A DNA stretch of 51,559 bases, taken from the NCBI GenBank assembly GCA_031555675.1, contig JAVBUB010000172.1, forward strand, positions 1-51,559, given 5' to 3'. Origin of the DNA: Paludibacteraceae bacterium (GTDB lineage Bacteria > Bacteroidota > Bacteroidia > Bacteroidales > Paludibacteraceae). The position numbers and the translations under genes are program-made. This document shows, piece after piece, positions 28,414 through 38,377 of the stretch (position 1 is its first letter; each line of letters opens with the position of its first letter). The notes beneath the pieces were generated by a model. The model had not been told where the DNA came from. It saw only the letters and a program-made list of their open reading frames with translations, and did no database searches.

Positions 28414-30423
28414 ATGAAAAACAAAAATTTATCTTTAAAAGCAATTGTGCTGTTCATATTGTCGAATGTATTTTTGCTTTCTCAGGCTCAAGTACAGATT
28501 TATTATGAAGATTTTGGAACACCTCCGGTAAAATCTACTCCTTTTGATAATTTCACAGGGTGGCGCGAACAAGGTGTTTACAACGATGGAGGATATAGTT
28601 GGGATACTTCAAATCCCAAAAAAGATATAGATATAAGAAACAATCAGGAATCTAAATATCCCAATGGCTGTCCGCTGGCTTCCAAGGGAGGTAATGTCTA
28701 TTTAAACGGTGGACCTGTTGAATTCTGGATTGCAGGTATTAGCACACAGAGTTATCATAACTTAAAGCTTTCTTTTGGACTTTTCGGAAAATCTGCAGAT
28801 GCTGTAAAATCATTAATAGTTGAATCTATGAATGACCCTTTTGGTGCTTGGGGTGTTTGGACTACTATTAAAGACTTTAGCTCTTATACCAACTTGGATA
28901 GCGAATGGCAATACGTGTCTAACTTGGATGGGTTGCCTCAGACAGATTTTTTGGTATTGAGATTCAGAACTACATCGGATGTAAAAATTCGCTTGGACGA
29001 TATCTTAATTACAGGAACAACTACTGCTGCATTGCCGCCAGTCATTGCTGTTACTTCCATACTGAACCGTTTCGAAGCAACTCCATCTGTGCCGGCAGCC
29101 AGCCAAACAATTTTAGTTAATGCCGAAAATTTATTATCAAACGAAAATATTACCCTTGCTTTATCTCCAAATTCTCCTTTTACCCTTTCACAATATAGTA
29201 TTTCTCAGGCGGAACTGCCAAAAGAAATAACTATCGACTATTCATCTCAAGCTGTGGGATATGATGTAGATACCCTATTTTTGAATACTTTAGGATTGCT
29301 TGGCGTGAATAAAGCTGCCATAGTATTAAAGGGGAAATGTAACTTTTTGCAACCGCAGAACCAATTTGTAGCAAAAATATCCGAAGATAACTATACGCTT
29401 AATTGGGATGCTGTTCCAGGTGCTACACAATATCTTATAAATATAACCAAACAAGGAGATACAGGGTCTGCGGAAAATGTTATTTTTAACGAAACATTCA
29501 GCAAGATGGTCAATACAAGTACCGAAGAATACGAATTTTATCTAGGGGAACGTATTGACGGAATTATCATGAAAGACCTAAGCCTGTTTCCTGTTAGTAC
29601 ATTTATGGATAATGGAAGCGGTTGGAAAGGAGAATACCTGTATTTAGGTTCTGATGATGATGCCGGTGAAATTCCGGGAGTAATTCGCGTTGGGAAAAAA
29701 GATGGCGGTAAAGGAACATTATATACGCCTAAAATTGATTTATCCGGAGATGATGTTTATCTGAAATTCAAAATCCGTACTTTCAGTAAAAGCAATCAAA
29801 AAGAAGAAAATGAAATAAAAATTACTCATTTTCAAACGAATGAATTAAGTACGGTTGCCATTGGCACACTTAAAAATCTGTCACCCGAATTTTATGAATA
29901 CACCTTTAAGATCAGCAACGGAAAAACAGGATCAAATATAAAATTTGAATCTTCGATTGCTACAAATACTACATTGAATAACCGTTTTATACTCGACGAC
30001 ATAAAAGTTATAAAAGGAGGAGTTCAAACCGACCATATTTTGTTGAATCAATTGGTTGAGAACGATAACTTATTTGTATTGCCAACCACATTGGTTCAAA
30101 ATGAAACTTATGTAGCAACAGTTGCCGCATATGATCCGACGGCAGTTTTTATATCACCTGCGGCACAAGTGCAATTTAAACTTTCGGATATTACCAGTTC
30201 TGATGTAGCTCCGCAAGCGTCGGATGAAATACAAGTATATGTGCAAAATGGGAAATTGTATGTGGAACTTGAAAGTAACAATGCGCCTATTCGCATTTAT
30301 AACATATTAGGGCAGGAAGTAAGTAGTAAACAAGGTAAGATAGGCCAAAATATACTAAGTCTGACTACCGGAAAAGTTTATATAGTGAAAGTTGGAGAGA
30401 AAATTTTCAAAATGAAAATGTAA
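28414..30423 (+). CDS. Secreted protein of unknown function with T9SS C-terminal sorting domain
   Basis: The probable start is the ATG at 28414 (MKNKNLSLKAIVLFILSNVFLLSQAQ). The C-terminal ~75 aa (IQVYVQNGKLYVEL...IRIYNILGQEV...LSLTTGKVYIVKVGEKIFKMKM) look like a Por_Secre_tail/type A CTD. There is an FN3-like signature LNWDAVPGATQYLINI. No catalytic motif was recognised. Confidence 0.7.
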   Translation: MKNKNLSLKAIVLFILSNVFLLSQAQVQIYYEDFGTPPVKSTPFDNFTGWREQGVYNDGGYSWDTSNPKKDIDIRNNQESKYPNGCPLASKGGNVYLNGGPVEFWIAGISTQSYHNLKLSFGLFGKSADAVKSLIVESMNDPFGAWGVWTTIKDFSSYTNLDSEWQYVSNLDGLPQTDFLVLRFRTTSDVKIRLDDILITGTTTAALPPVIAVTSILNRFEATPSVPAASQTILVNAENLLSNENITLALSPNSPFTLSQYSISQAELPKEITIDYSSQAVGYDVDTLFLNTLGLLGVNKAAIVLKGKCNFLQPQNQFVAKISEDNYTLNWDAVPGATQYLINITKQGDTGSAENVIFNETFSKMVNTSTEEYEFYLGERIDGIIMKDLSLFPVSTFMDNGSGWKGEYLYLGSDDDAGEIPGVIRVGKKDGGKGTLYTPKIDLSGDDVYLKFKIRTFSKSNQKEENEIKITHFQTNELSTVAIGTLKNLSPEFYEYTFKISNGKTGSNIKFESSIATNTTLNNRFILDDIKVIKGGVQTDHILLNQLVENDNLFVLPTTLVQNETYVATVAAYDPTAVFISPAAQVQFKLSDITSSDVAPQASDEIQVYVQNGKLYVELESNNAPIRIYNILGQEVSSKQGKIGQNILSLTTGKVYIVKVGEKIFKMKM

Positions 30424-30446
30424 GCAGGCAATTGTTTTTTATAGAG

Positions 30447-30491
30447 GCAGAATAAAGCGACATTTAAGTTGTTTTATTCTGCTTTTTTTTT
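30447..30491 (+). terminator. Rho-independent terminator of the T9SS cargo gene
   Basis: GCAGAATAAA (30447-30456) pairs with TTTATTCTGC (30473-30482), followed by T9. Confidence 0.8.
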
Positions 30492-30498
30492 AAATTTG
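30491..30498 (+). promoter_or_regulatory. Candidate -7 promoter box for the DUF2461 gene
   Basis: TAAATTTG, about 90 nt upstream of the ATG at 30589. Confidence 0.35.
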
Positions 30499-30588
30499 CA
30501 AGAAGGAACTATCGAATGCACTTTACAGCATACTCACAGGTAAGCCCGGTTTTAAATCAATTGTCGTTAATCCCATTAACCCGTAAAA

Positions 30589-31266
30589 ATGAACGCACAA
30601 AATATACTTAGCTTTTTAGCTGCCCTGAAAGAACACAATGATAGAGGATGGTTTGCCGAAAATCGTGCTTGGTATGACCAATCTAAGACCGATTTCGAAA
30701 AAATTGTCAATGCATTGATTGTTGAAATATCACAATTTGACGAAGAAATAAAAAATGTACAAGGAAACGATTGTACTTTCAGGATATATAGAGAGATTCG
30801 TTTTCATGACAAAACACCCTATAAAACCCATATGGGTGCTTACATAGCGTCGCATGGCGGCCGGAAAAGCCCCCGTGGAGGATATTACTTCCATCTAGAG
30901 CCCGGTGTATGTTTTGCGTCTGCCGGTATTTGGATGCCTGAACCGGCTATGCTCAAAGCATTAAGAGAATCTGTGTATGAAAACATTGATGAATTCAAAG
31001 AAATTATCAATGAAAAAGATTTCAAAACATATTTCGGCCGTTCTTTCGAAGAACAAGATATGCTGAAAGTTGCTCCCAAAGGATTTCCCAAAGATTTTGA
31101 AGATATGTATTTTCTGAAGTTGAAACATTATATCGTAAACAAGGAATTACCCGAAACGTTTTTTGCTCAGAATGATTATATACAACAAATTGTAGGCATG
31201 TTTAAAGTAGCCTACCCGTTTAATCGTTTTTTTAATTATACGGTAGACGAAATGATGAACTATTAG
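30589..31266 (+). CDS. DUF2461 (TIGR02453) family protein
   Basis: 225 aa. L..L..HNDR.WF..NR..Y...K..FE and FRIYR(D/E)IRF..DKTPYK are characteristic of this family. Confidence 0.8.
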   Translation: MNAQNILSFLAALKEHNDRGWFAENRAWYDQSKTDFEKIVNALIVEISQFDEEIKNVQGNDCTFRIYREIRFHDKTPYKTHMGAYIASHGGRKSPRGGYYFHLEPGVCFASAGIWMPEPAMLKALRESVYENIDEFKEIINEKDFKTYFGRSFEEQDMLKVAPKGFPKDFEDMYFLKLKHYIVNKELPETFFAQNDYIQQIVGMFKVAYPFNRFFNYTVDEMMNY

Positions 31267-31302
31267 AATAAAGATCAAATTTCTTATTATTCGTTTAATC
31301 CT

Positions 31303-31749
31303 ATGATACATGACATTTTAGCACACTCTTACAATTATGAGATGATTCATCCGGGGTTTAAGAAAGCATTTGATTTTTTTAAATCTACAGACCTGTTAAA
31401 CCTTCCGGTAGGAAAAATAGTCATAGATAGTGATGAAGTTTTTGCCATGGTATCAATATGTCAGGGAATAAAACCCGGCGAATCGAAACTCGAAGCCCAT
31501 CGAAAGTATATTGATATTCAAATGCCCTTGAGTACGACAGAAACAATGGGTTGGGCTTCTACACAACATGCTATGACATTGTCTCAGGAATATGATGAGG
31601 ACAAAGATATTATGTTTTTTGAAGAGAAAGCCAACGATTACGTCATTGTTAATCCCATGGAGTTTGTTGTATTTTTCCCTGAAGATGCTCACCAACCTTG
31701 TATCGGAATAGGCGAAATTAAGAAAGTAGTGGTAAAAGTAAAAATATAA
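31303..31749 (+). CDS. YhcH/YjgK/YiaL family protein (DUF386 cupin-like)
   Basis: 148 aa. MIHDIL...HPGFKKAFDF...EAHRKYIDIQ...FFPEDAHQP matches the YhcH/YjgK/YiaL pattern. Confidence 0.8.
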   Translation: MIHDILAHSYNYEMIHPGFKKAFDFFKSTDLLNLPVGKIVIDSDEVFAMVSICQGIKPGESKLEAHRKYIDIQMPLSTTETMGWASTQHAMTLSQEYDEDKDIMFFEEKANDYVIVNPMEFVVFFPEDAHQPCIGIGEIKKVVVKVKI

Positions 31750-31799
31750 AGCCCTAATTCTCCCACAGGGGGAGTTGAGATAGACTCAATTTAAAATTT

Positions 31800-33857
31800 A
31801 TGAAGAGACAAAATACAAATCCGAAGAAAAAAAGCCCCCTTGAGAAAAAATTAGGAGTCTTAAAACTAATCACGGATGATCCCTATTTATACCCTTATGC
31901 AGATGCCATTACCGGCAGGTACGAATATGCCATCAGGCGCGAGAAAGAGCTGACAGGAAATGGAACATTGTCTGATCTTGCCGATGGTTACCTGTATTTT
32001 GGATTACATTATACGCCACAAGGTTGGATTTTTAGGGAATGGGCACCCAATGCTACGGCTATTTACCTGATAGGTACTTTTAATAACTGGGAAAAAAAAG
32101 AAGAGTACCGCCTTTACCCATTGGAAAATGGAGTATGGGAGGCTGTTTTACCTCACGAAAACATGCATCATGGCGATTTGTACAAATTAAGAATGGAATG
32201 GAACGGGGGTGTGGGAGAGCGTATCCCGGCCTGGAGCCGCAGAACTGTTCAAGATGATGACACCAAAATATTCAGCGCGCAAGTATGGCATCCTGAAAAC
32301 CCATATCAATTTAAAATAGAAAAATTTAAACCCGATACAAATCCGCTATTGATTTACGAATGTCATATAGGAATGGCTACCGAGCAAGAAAAGGTAGGCA
32401 CCTATACCGAATTTCGTGAAAATATATTACCTCGTATTAAAAAGGCCGGCTACAACTGCATTCAGATAATGGCTATACAAGAACATCCTTATTATGGATC
32501 TTTTGGATACCATGTTTCCAGCTTTTTTGCCGCTTCTTCGCGTTTTGGTACTCCCGACGAATTGAAAGAATTAATAGATACCGCACACAGCATGGGTATT
32601 GCTGTAATTATGGACATTGTGCATTCGCATGCTGTAAAAAATGAGATGGAAGGACTTGGGAAATTCGATGGAACTAATTATCAATATTTTCATGACGGCA
32701 ATAAGAGAGAGCATCCCGCATGGGATTCACTCCTTTTTAATTATGGGAAAAATGAAGTTCTGCATTTCCTCCTATCCAATTGCAAATTCTGGATTGAAGA
32801 ATACAAATTCGACGGGTTCCGCTTTGACGGAGTAACCTCTATGCTTTATCGAAGCCATGGTTTGGGAGAATCATTTAAAGGGTATGCCGATTATTATAAC
32901 CTGAACGAGGATGGAGATGCCATTTGTTATTTAACACTGGCCAATAGACTAATACACGAAGTAAATCCTAAAGCTATAACTATCGCTGAAGAGATGAGCG
33001 GAATGCCCGGGCTGGCTGTTCCTTTCGAGGATGGTGGCATGGGATTTGATTTTCGTATGGCCATGGGAATTCCCGATTTCTGGATTAAAACCATTAAAGA
33101 ATATACGGATGAAAACTGGAAGCCGGGGCATATTCTTTGGGAGCTAACTAATCGACGTGCCGAAGAAAAAACTATCAACTATGTAGAAAGCCATGATCAG
33201 GCTTTGGTAGGCGATAAAACCGTGATATTCCGTTTGATAGACAAAGATATGTACTGGCATATGTCTAACCTGGCAGAAAGTTCTTATGTGGTTGACCGGG
33301 GGATAGCCTTACACAAAATGATACGCCTTATTACCGCTACCACCATCAATGGCGGTTATCTCAATTTTATGGGTAATGAATTCGGACATCCCGAATGGAT
33401 TGATTTCCCGCGCGAAGGCAATGGCTGGTCTTATAAATACGCCCGCCGCCAGTGGAATTTATTAGACGATGGCGATCTGAAATACAAATATCTGGGAGAA
33501 TTTGACAGGGCCATGATTTCTGTAATGAAAAGTGAAAATAAAATTCAGAAAGCAGAAATAGAAAACCTATGGGATAACAGTGGTGACCAGGTGCTGGTTT
33601 ATCGTCGTAACGATCTGTATTTCATCTTTAACTTTCATCCGGTTAATTCGTATGCCGATTATGGTTTTCTGACACAAAAAGGATCTTATAAAGTAGTTTT
33701 AAATACAGATTCCCTTCAGTTTGGCGGATTTGGAATAATAGACGAAAGTGTGCATTATTTTACTATCTCAGATGAATTATATAAAGATGAAGATAAAGAA
33801 TGGTTGAAAATCTATATCCCTTCACGTAGCGCTTTGGTATTGCAGAAAATAGATTAA
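31800..33857 (+). CDS. glgB: 1,4-alpha-glucan branching enzyme (GH13, eukaryote-like ~680-aa type)
   Basis: GH13 conserved regions DIVHSHA, GFRFDGVTSM, IAEEMSG and YVESHDQ. Confidence 0.9.
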   Translation: MKRQNTNPKKKSPLEKKLGVLKLITDDPYLYPYADAITGRYEYAIRREKELTGNGTLSDLADGYLYFGLHYTPQGWIFREWAPNATAIYLIGTFNNWEKKEEYRLYPLENGVWEAVLPHENMHHGDLYKLRMEWNGGVGERIPAWSRRTVQDDDTKIFSAQVWHPENPYQFKIEKFKPDTNPLLIYECHIGMATEQEKVGTYTEFRENILPRIKKAGYNCIQIMAIQEHPYYGSFGYHVSSFFAASSRFGTPDELKELIDTAHSMGIAVIMDIVHSHAVKNEMEGLGKFDGTNYQYFHDGNKREHPAWDSLLFNYGKNEVLHFLLSNCKFWIEEYKFDGFRFDGVTSMLYRSHGLGESFKGYADYYNLNEDGDAICYLTLANRLIHEVNPKAITIAEEMSGMPGLAVPFEDGGMGFDFRMAMGIPDFWIKTIKEYTDENWKPGHILWELTNRRAEEKTINYVESHDQALVGDKTVIFRLIDKDMYWHMSNLAESSYVVDRGIALHKMIRLITATTINGGYLNFMGNEFGHPEWIDFPREGNGWSYKYARRQWNLLDDGDLKYKYLGEFDRAMISVMKSENKIQKAEIENLWDNSGDQVLVYRRNDLYFIFNFHPVNSYADYGFLTQKGSYKVVLNTDSLQFGGFGIIDESVHYFTISDELYKDEDKEWLKIYIPSRSALVLQKID

Positions 33858-33892
33858 TTGGTCAATTTTTTTAATATTCAAATATAAAGATG

Positions 33893-33900
33893 TAAATTTG
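33893..33900 (+). promoter_or_regulatory. Candidate -7 promoter box at the head of the glycan locus
   Basis: TAAATTTG, 20 nt before the first ATG of the flippase ORF (33920). This slightly favours the internal ATG at 33941 as the true start. Confidence 0.4.
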
Positions 33901-33919
33901 CATTTTTTGCAAAAATATA

Positions 33920-35182
33920 ATGATGCCGCAGAAGCCAATAATGAGTAGAGAAATAAAGGATGTTTTTTATTTAATCGCATTACAGGGATTAAATTATATT
34001 GCACCTCTACTGGTACTTCCTTATTTGATGAAAGTTCTTGGTGCAGAAAAATTTGGATATATCGGTTTTTCTTTATCTGTTATGCAATATTTAATGCTGG
34101 TTGTTGATTTCGGATTTAATTTCAGTGTTACAAAAAAAATTGCATTAGTAAAAAATGACCGGGCTAAATTGAATGATGCTTTTACATCTACAGTTTATGC
34201 TAAGCTAATATTACTATCTATTAGTTTTATTATATTATTGGCTATTACTTTAATTCCTCGCTTTGAAATATATCGGCAAACTATGTTCATCATGTTTTTG
34301 ATGGTAATAGGCAATGCTTTTTCTTTTGTATGGCTTTTTCAGGGATTAGGGCAAATACGATTTATTTCTGTATTTAATATTATTGCCAAATTGTCTATAT
34401 TGCCTCTTACTTTTATTTTTGTAAAGAGCCAGAATGATTATTTAACGGCAGCGTTTTTGCAATCGTTTGTAAGTTTATTTACAGCTATTATTACTGTTGC
34501 TTTTATCATAAGAAAAAAAATGGCTTCTATAACTCTTTTTATTAAAGAGAATGTAATTACCGAATTAAAAGACGGTTATCCCATATTTCTATCATTTATA
34601 GCAACTACTGTTTATACAGCAAGCTTTGTTATCGTATTGGGATATTTTTCGACCTCGGAACAGGTAGGACAATACTCTGCTGTTGACAGAATTATGAGAG
34701 CATTATGTTGGTTGGTTTTTATTCCTGTGACACAGGCTTTTTACCCTAAAGTTGTGCAGTTGGGTCTCGACAATAAATTATTAGCCACAAAACTTGTAAA
34801 AAAGATATTGATTTTTGTATCTGTTTGTATGTTGGGCGTTTTTACTGGTATGTTTTTCTTTTCACCTTATATTGTTGAGTTTTTAGGGAAAGATTACCAA
34901 GATTCTCTTCTATTATTTAAAATTATGGCATTTGTGCCTATTTTTGTCGGTATAGGAGGAATAATGGCTCAATTGGCTATTTTAGCATTAGGCGATGAAT
35001 TAGATAAAAAAAAATATCAACGGGCTTATTTTATAGCCGCAGGTATAGCATTAATATGTATTTTTACATTAATTCCATATAGAAATGCTATCGGGGCTGC
35101 AATTTCATTACTTATAACAGAGATTTGTGTTTGTGGATTGATGTTTATATACGGATATAGGATCCTTTATTGCAAAAAATGA
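33920..35182 (+). CDS. wzx: Wzx-type oligosaccharide flippase (polysaccharide biosynthesis protein, MOP superfamily)
   Basis: 420 aa with about 12 TM segments. The N-terminus LQGLNYIAPLLVLPYLMKVLGAEKFGYIGFSLSVMQYLMLVVDFGFNFSVTKKIA resembles RfbX/Wzx O-unit flippases. Confidence 0.8.
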   Translation: MMPQKPIMSREIKDVFYLIALQGLNYIAPLLVLPYLMKVLGAEKFGYIGFSLSVMQYLMLVVDFGFNFSVTKKIALVKNDRAKLNDAFTSTVYAKLILLSISFIILLAITLIPRFEIYRQTMFIMFLMVIGNAFSFVWLFQGLGQIRFISVFNIIAKLSILPLTFIFVKSQNDYLTAAFLQSFVSLFTAIITVAFIIRKKMASITLFIKENVITELKDGYPIFLSFIATTVYTASFVIVLGYFSTSEQVGQYSAVDRIMRALCWLVFIPVTQAFYPKVVQLGLDNKLLATKLVKKILIFVSVCMLGVFTGMFFFSPYIVEFLGKDYQDSLLLFKIMAFVPIFVGIGGIMAQLAILALGDELDKKKYQRAYFIAAGIALICIFTLIPYRNAIGAAISLLITEICVCGLMFIYGYRILYCKK

Positions 35183-36408
35183 ATATACTGATAACCATTT
35201 TTGTTATTTTATTTGTTTTATCATTGACAGACTTTATTGGTTTGTCAAATGAAAGATTACATAAGCAGATTTACTCTATAGCGTTTTTTCTGGCTTATTT
35301 CTTTTTTGTAATAAAATACTATTATGGGGCCGATATTGCACAATATGTTGCTGTTTATGATACGATTGAGTCGCCATGGGTTCTTTTAACAAAAGGAACT
35401 AAGATTGATGATTATTTTGAACCGGGATATTTGTTTTTTTGCAGCATCTTAAAATATATTGGTTTTTCTTATTGGATGATGACAGCTCTTATAACAACAA
35501 TCTATTTTTATGTTATTCATAAGCTGTTTGAAAGAATACCTTCAAAAAAAATATTTGCCCTTTTAATCCTCGTTTTGTTTGATTATAATTTAATTTTTGC
35601 GGCATTTAGACAATGTTTGGCTGTTAGTTTTTTTATTCTCATGATATTGGCGTATATTGATAAAAAGTACATGAGAACGATTATCTTTTTTATTTTAGCC
35701 TCTTTAATGCATAAATCTGCTCTTTATTTGAGTATGTTATTTTTAACGGCGATGATTATTTCAAATGCAAGAACAAGAATAAAAATAGAGAACAAAAATT
35801 ACTTGATATTGGCAGGAATATTAATTATATTATGTCTTTTTTCTTTTCAGAGTATAATATTGACCTTAGCAAGTAAGTTATCCTTATCGGGAAGTGCGTA
35901 TGCTTCTTTGGCGCACCATTTATTGTTAAGTAAAAAAATACAGGTAATTGTTGTTATTTATTTGTTTTCTATTGTAGCAATTATGTTATATTCCAATTTT
36001 GATAATAAAAATAGGGAGCAAAGGATAATTAGGATGCTTGTTTTTCTTTCATTTGTGATTATTGTTGTTTTATATCAACAACATTTCCTCCTTAATAGAC
36101 TCCGGTCCTATTTTTTGCCATTTCTTATAGTTTTTGTATTTACCATATTGGAGCAAGATGTTCACAAAATATCCAAAAAAAGTTTTAAATTATTTCAACA
36201 AATATTTGTCATTGTTACTTTTCTATATTGTGCGCGTTTGATATTTACACTTAATCATGCGCAAAAAGAGTTGAAAAGTGGCATTTATGAATCATCAACT
36301 GTTTTTTCTTTATTGACTAAAAGTGAAGAGCAAATAAAAAAAGAACAATTAAAGAAAGCCAATTATTTTTGGGGTCACGAATATGAAGATATTGTAGAGA
36401 ATAAATAA
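35170..36408 (+). CDS. EpsG-family membrane protein (putative Wzy-type polymerase)
   Basis: 412 aa, polytopic and very hydrophobic. The DYFEPGYLFF motif is typical of the EpsG family. It overlaps the wzx stop by 13 nt. Confidence 0.6.
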   Translation: MQKMNILITIFVILFVLSLTDFIGLSNERLHKQIYSIAFFLAYFFFVIKYYYGADIAQYVAVYDTIESPWVLLTKGTKIDDYFEPGYLFFCSILKYIGFSYWMMTALITTIYFYVIHKLFERIPSKKIFALLILVLFDYNLIFAAFRQCLAVSFFILMILAYIDKKYMRTIIFFILASLMHKSALYLSMLFLTAMIISNARTRIKIENKNYLILAGILIILCLFSFQSIILTLASKLSLSGSAYASLAHHLLLSKKIQVIVVIYLFSIVAIMLYSNFDNKNREQRIIRMLVFLSFVIIVVLYQQHFLLNRLRSYFLPFLIVFVFTILEQDVHKISKKSFKLFQQIFVIVTFLYCARLIFTLNHAQKELKSGIYESSTVFSLLTKSEEQIKKEQLKKANYFWGHEYEDIVENK

Positions 36409-36420
36409 ATTAATTAATTT

Positions 36421-37302
36421 ATGGATGTTTCAATTATTATTGTCAATTATAATACAATTTCATTTTTAACTAATGCTATTGATTCTATTTTAGAGAAGAC
36501 GAAAGAAATAGAATATGAAATTATAGTAATAGATAATAATTCTTCAGATAATTCTCAAAATATTCTGTCAGAGAAATATGGAGATAAAGTTCATTACAAG
36601 AAACTTCCGGAAAATATTGGTTTTGGGCGGGCAAATAATGAAGGCATAAAAATAGCAAAAGGAAGAAATATTTTTTTGTTGAATCCGGATACTTTATTGA
36701 TTAATAATGCAGTGAAAATTTTATCTGATTTTTTGGATTCGAATAAAAATGTAGGCGTATGTAGTGGAAATATGTATGATGAAAATTTAAATCCAACCTA
36801 TTCTTTTATGCCTGTTTTTCCATCCATAACATGGGAATTGGATATTTTATTCAACAATAAATTATTCAATCTTATTTATGGAAAATGCTATTGGTTTAAT
36901 AGTACAAAATATCCCAAAAATGTAGCACATGTAACCGGTGCAGATATGATGACCAGAAAAGAAATAATGAAAGAAACAGGAGGTTTTGATCCGGATTTTT
37001 TCATGTATGAGGAAGAAACAGAATTAATTTACAGAATTAAGAAAAAAGGATATAAAGTAATGAGTGTTCCTCAAGCTGAAATAATCCATTTGGAAGGAAA
37101 AAGTTTTAGTTCGAACTTAGACAGGCTTAAGAGAATAACTTCGGCAAGAAGTTTATTTTATAAAAAAACACACGGTTCTGTATATCAATTCATTGTAGAT
37201 TTTATTTATCGCATAACAGCCATATCCCGTATAATTGTTTTCTCAATATTTAAAAATGAAGAAAAAACTTCATATTGGAAATTTGTTTTAAAAAATATTT
37301 GA
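36421..37302 (+). CDS. Glycosyltransferase family 2
   Basis: VSIIIVNYNT, IIVIDNNSSDNS, NIGFGRANNEG and LLNPDT (DxD-equivalent). Confidence 0.85.
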   Translation: MDVSIIIVNYNTISFLTNAIDSILEKTKEIEYEIIVIDNNSSDNSQNILSEKYGDKVHYKKLPENIGFGRANNEGIKIAKGRNIFLLNPDTLLINNAVKILSDFLDSNKNVGVCSGNMYDENLNPTYSFMPVFPSITWELDILFNNKLFNLIYGKCYWFNSTKYPKNVAHVTGADMMTRKEIMKETGGFDPDFFMYEEETELIYRIKKKGYKVMSVPQAEIIHLEGKSFSSNLDRLKRITSARSLFYKKTHGSVYQFIVDFIYRITAISRIIVFSIFKNEEKTSYWKFVLKNI

Positions 37303-37309
37303 TGCCAAA

Positions 37310-38374
37310 ATGAAAATATTGGTAATATATCCAGAATATAAAGATGCTGTTACGGGAGGAGAAATGTATGACCATCATTTAATCGACCGAATGAGCAATA
37401 GTAATGCTTGTGCTGTCGATTTCTTGACAGATGACATGCTTTGTTCTAATAACAAATATTTCTATAATCTTGCTTATCTTCGAAAATTCTTTTTTGCGAA
37501 AAAATATGATGTAGTATTGACTAATAGCAGATTACATACCCGGTTATTTTTATTGTTTCTTGTTCTTTCTTTATTCTCAAAAACAAAGTTGGTTTCTATC
37601 CATCATCATTTTTGCTTTCTGGGAGAAAATGGGATTAAAAAGAAATTACATAAAATATTAGAATTGTCTTTTTTAAAACTTTCTTATGTAACAATTATTC
37701 CTAGCCCTTATATTAAGCAACTATTTGAAGTTTTTTTACCCAATAAAAAAATAAGCTATATAGAATTGGGTATTCGGAACTCAATGTTGCATAATCAGGA
37801 ATCTGAAAAAACAACAACTAATCTGCTATATGTCGGAACAGTTGAACGAAGAAAAGGTTTGATTTATTTGATTGAGTCATTGGATTTATTAAATAAAAGA
37901 GGAATACAGTTTCACTGTGACATTGTTGGAAAAATAATTGATGAATATTATTTTTTAGAATTAAAAAATAATATTGATAAGTCTAATCTTCAGGATAAAA
38001 TTATTTTTAGAGGTAGAGTCGGCGATTTTGAATTGTCTGAATATTACGGCAAGGCTACCTGTTTTGTTTTTCCTTCGCTGTTGGAAGGTTATGGAATGGT
38101 AATTCTTGAAGCCATGTCATATGGTTTACCTGTTATTGCATTTAATAATTCAGCCATGCCATTTACAGTCAAAAATAATGAAAATGGTTTACTCGTACAG
38201 AATGAAAGTGTAAAAGATTTTGAAAATGCAATTTACACTGTAATGACTGATGATTTATTTAGAAAACAATTATCTCAGGGTGCATTGAAAACTTATTCCC
38301 GTTTTCGGACATTTAAAGATATGGATACGGATATAGATCTATTATTGGGTTCCAAATTTGAAATTTATCGTTAA
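37310..38374 (+). CDS. Glycosyltransferase family 4 (GT-B, Glycos_transf_1)
   Basis: The C-terminal half has VGTVERRKG...PSLLEGYGMVILEAMSYGLPVIAFNN (E-x7-E motif). Confidence 0.8.
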   Translation: MKILVIYPEYKDAVTGGEMYDHHLIDRMSNSNACAVDFLTDDMLCSNNKYFYNLAYLRKFFFAKKYDVVLTNSRLHTRLFLLFLVLSLFSKTKLVSIHHHFCFLGENGIKKKLHKILELSFLKLSYVTIIPSPYIKQLFEVFLPNKKISYIELGIRNSMLHNQESEKTTTNLLYVGTVERRKGLIYLIESLDLLNKRGIQFHCDIVGKIIDEYYFLELKNNIDKSNLQDKIIFRGRVGDFELSEYYGKATCFVFPSLLEGYGMVILEAMSYGLPVIAFNNSAMPFTVKNNENGLLVQNESVKDFENAIYTVMTDDLFRKQLSQGALKTYSRFRTFKDMDTDIDLLLGSKFEIYR

Positions 38375-38377
38375 GAA

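Noticed and set aside
18773-30423. Functional 'system' linking sprA, the DsbD-like reductase and the T9SS cargo gene.
   Set aside because: Adjacency is the only evidence. The cargo protein has just two cysteines, the genes have separate promoter-like boxes, and ruvA-sprA synteny is generic. This is not enough to claim a module.
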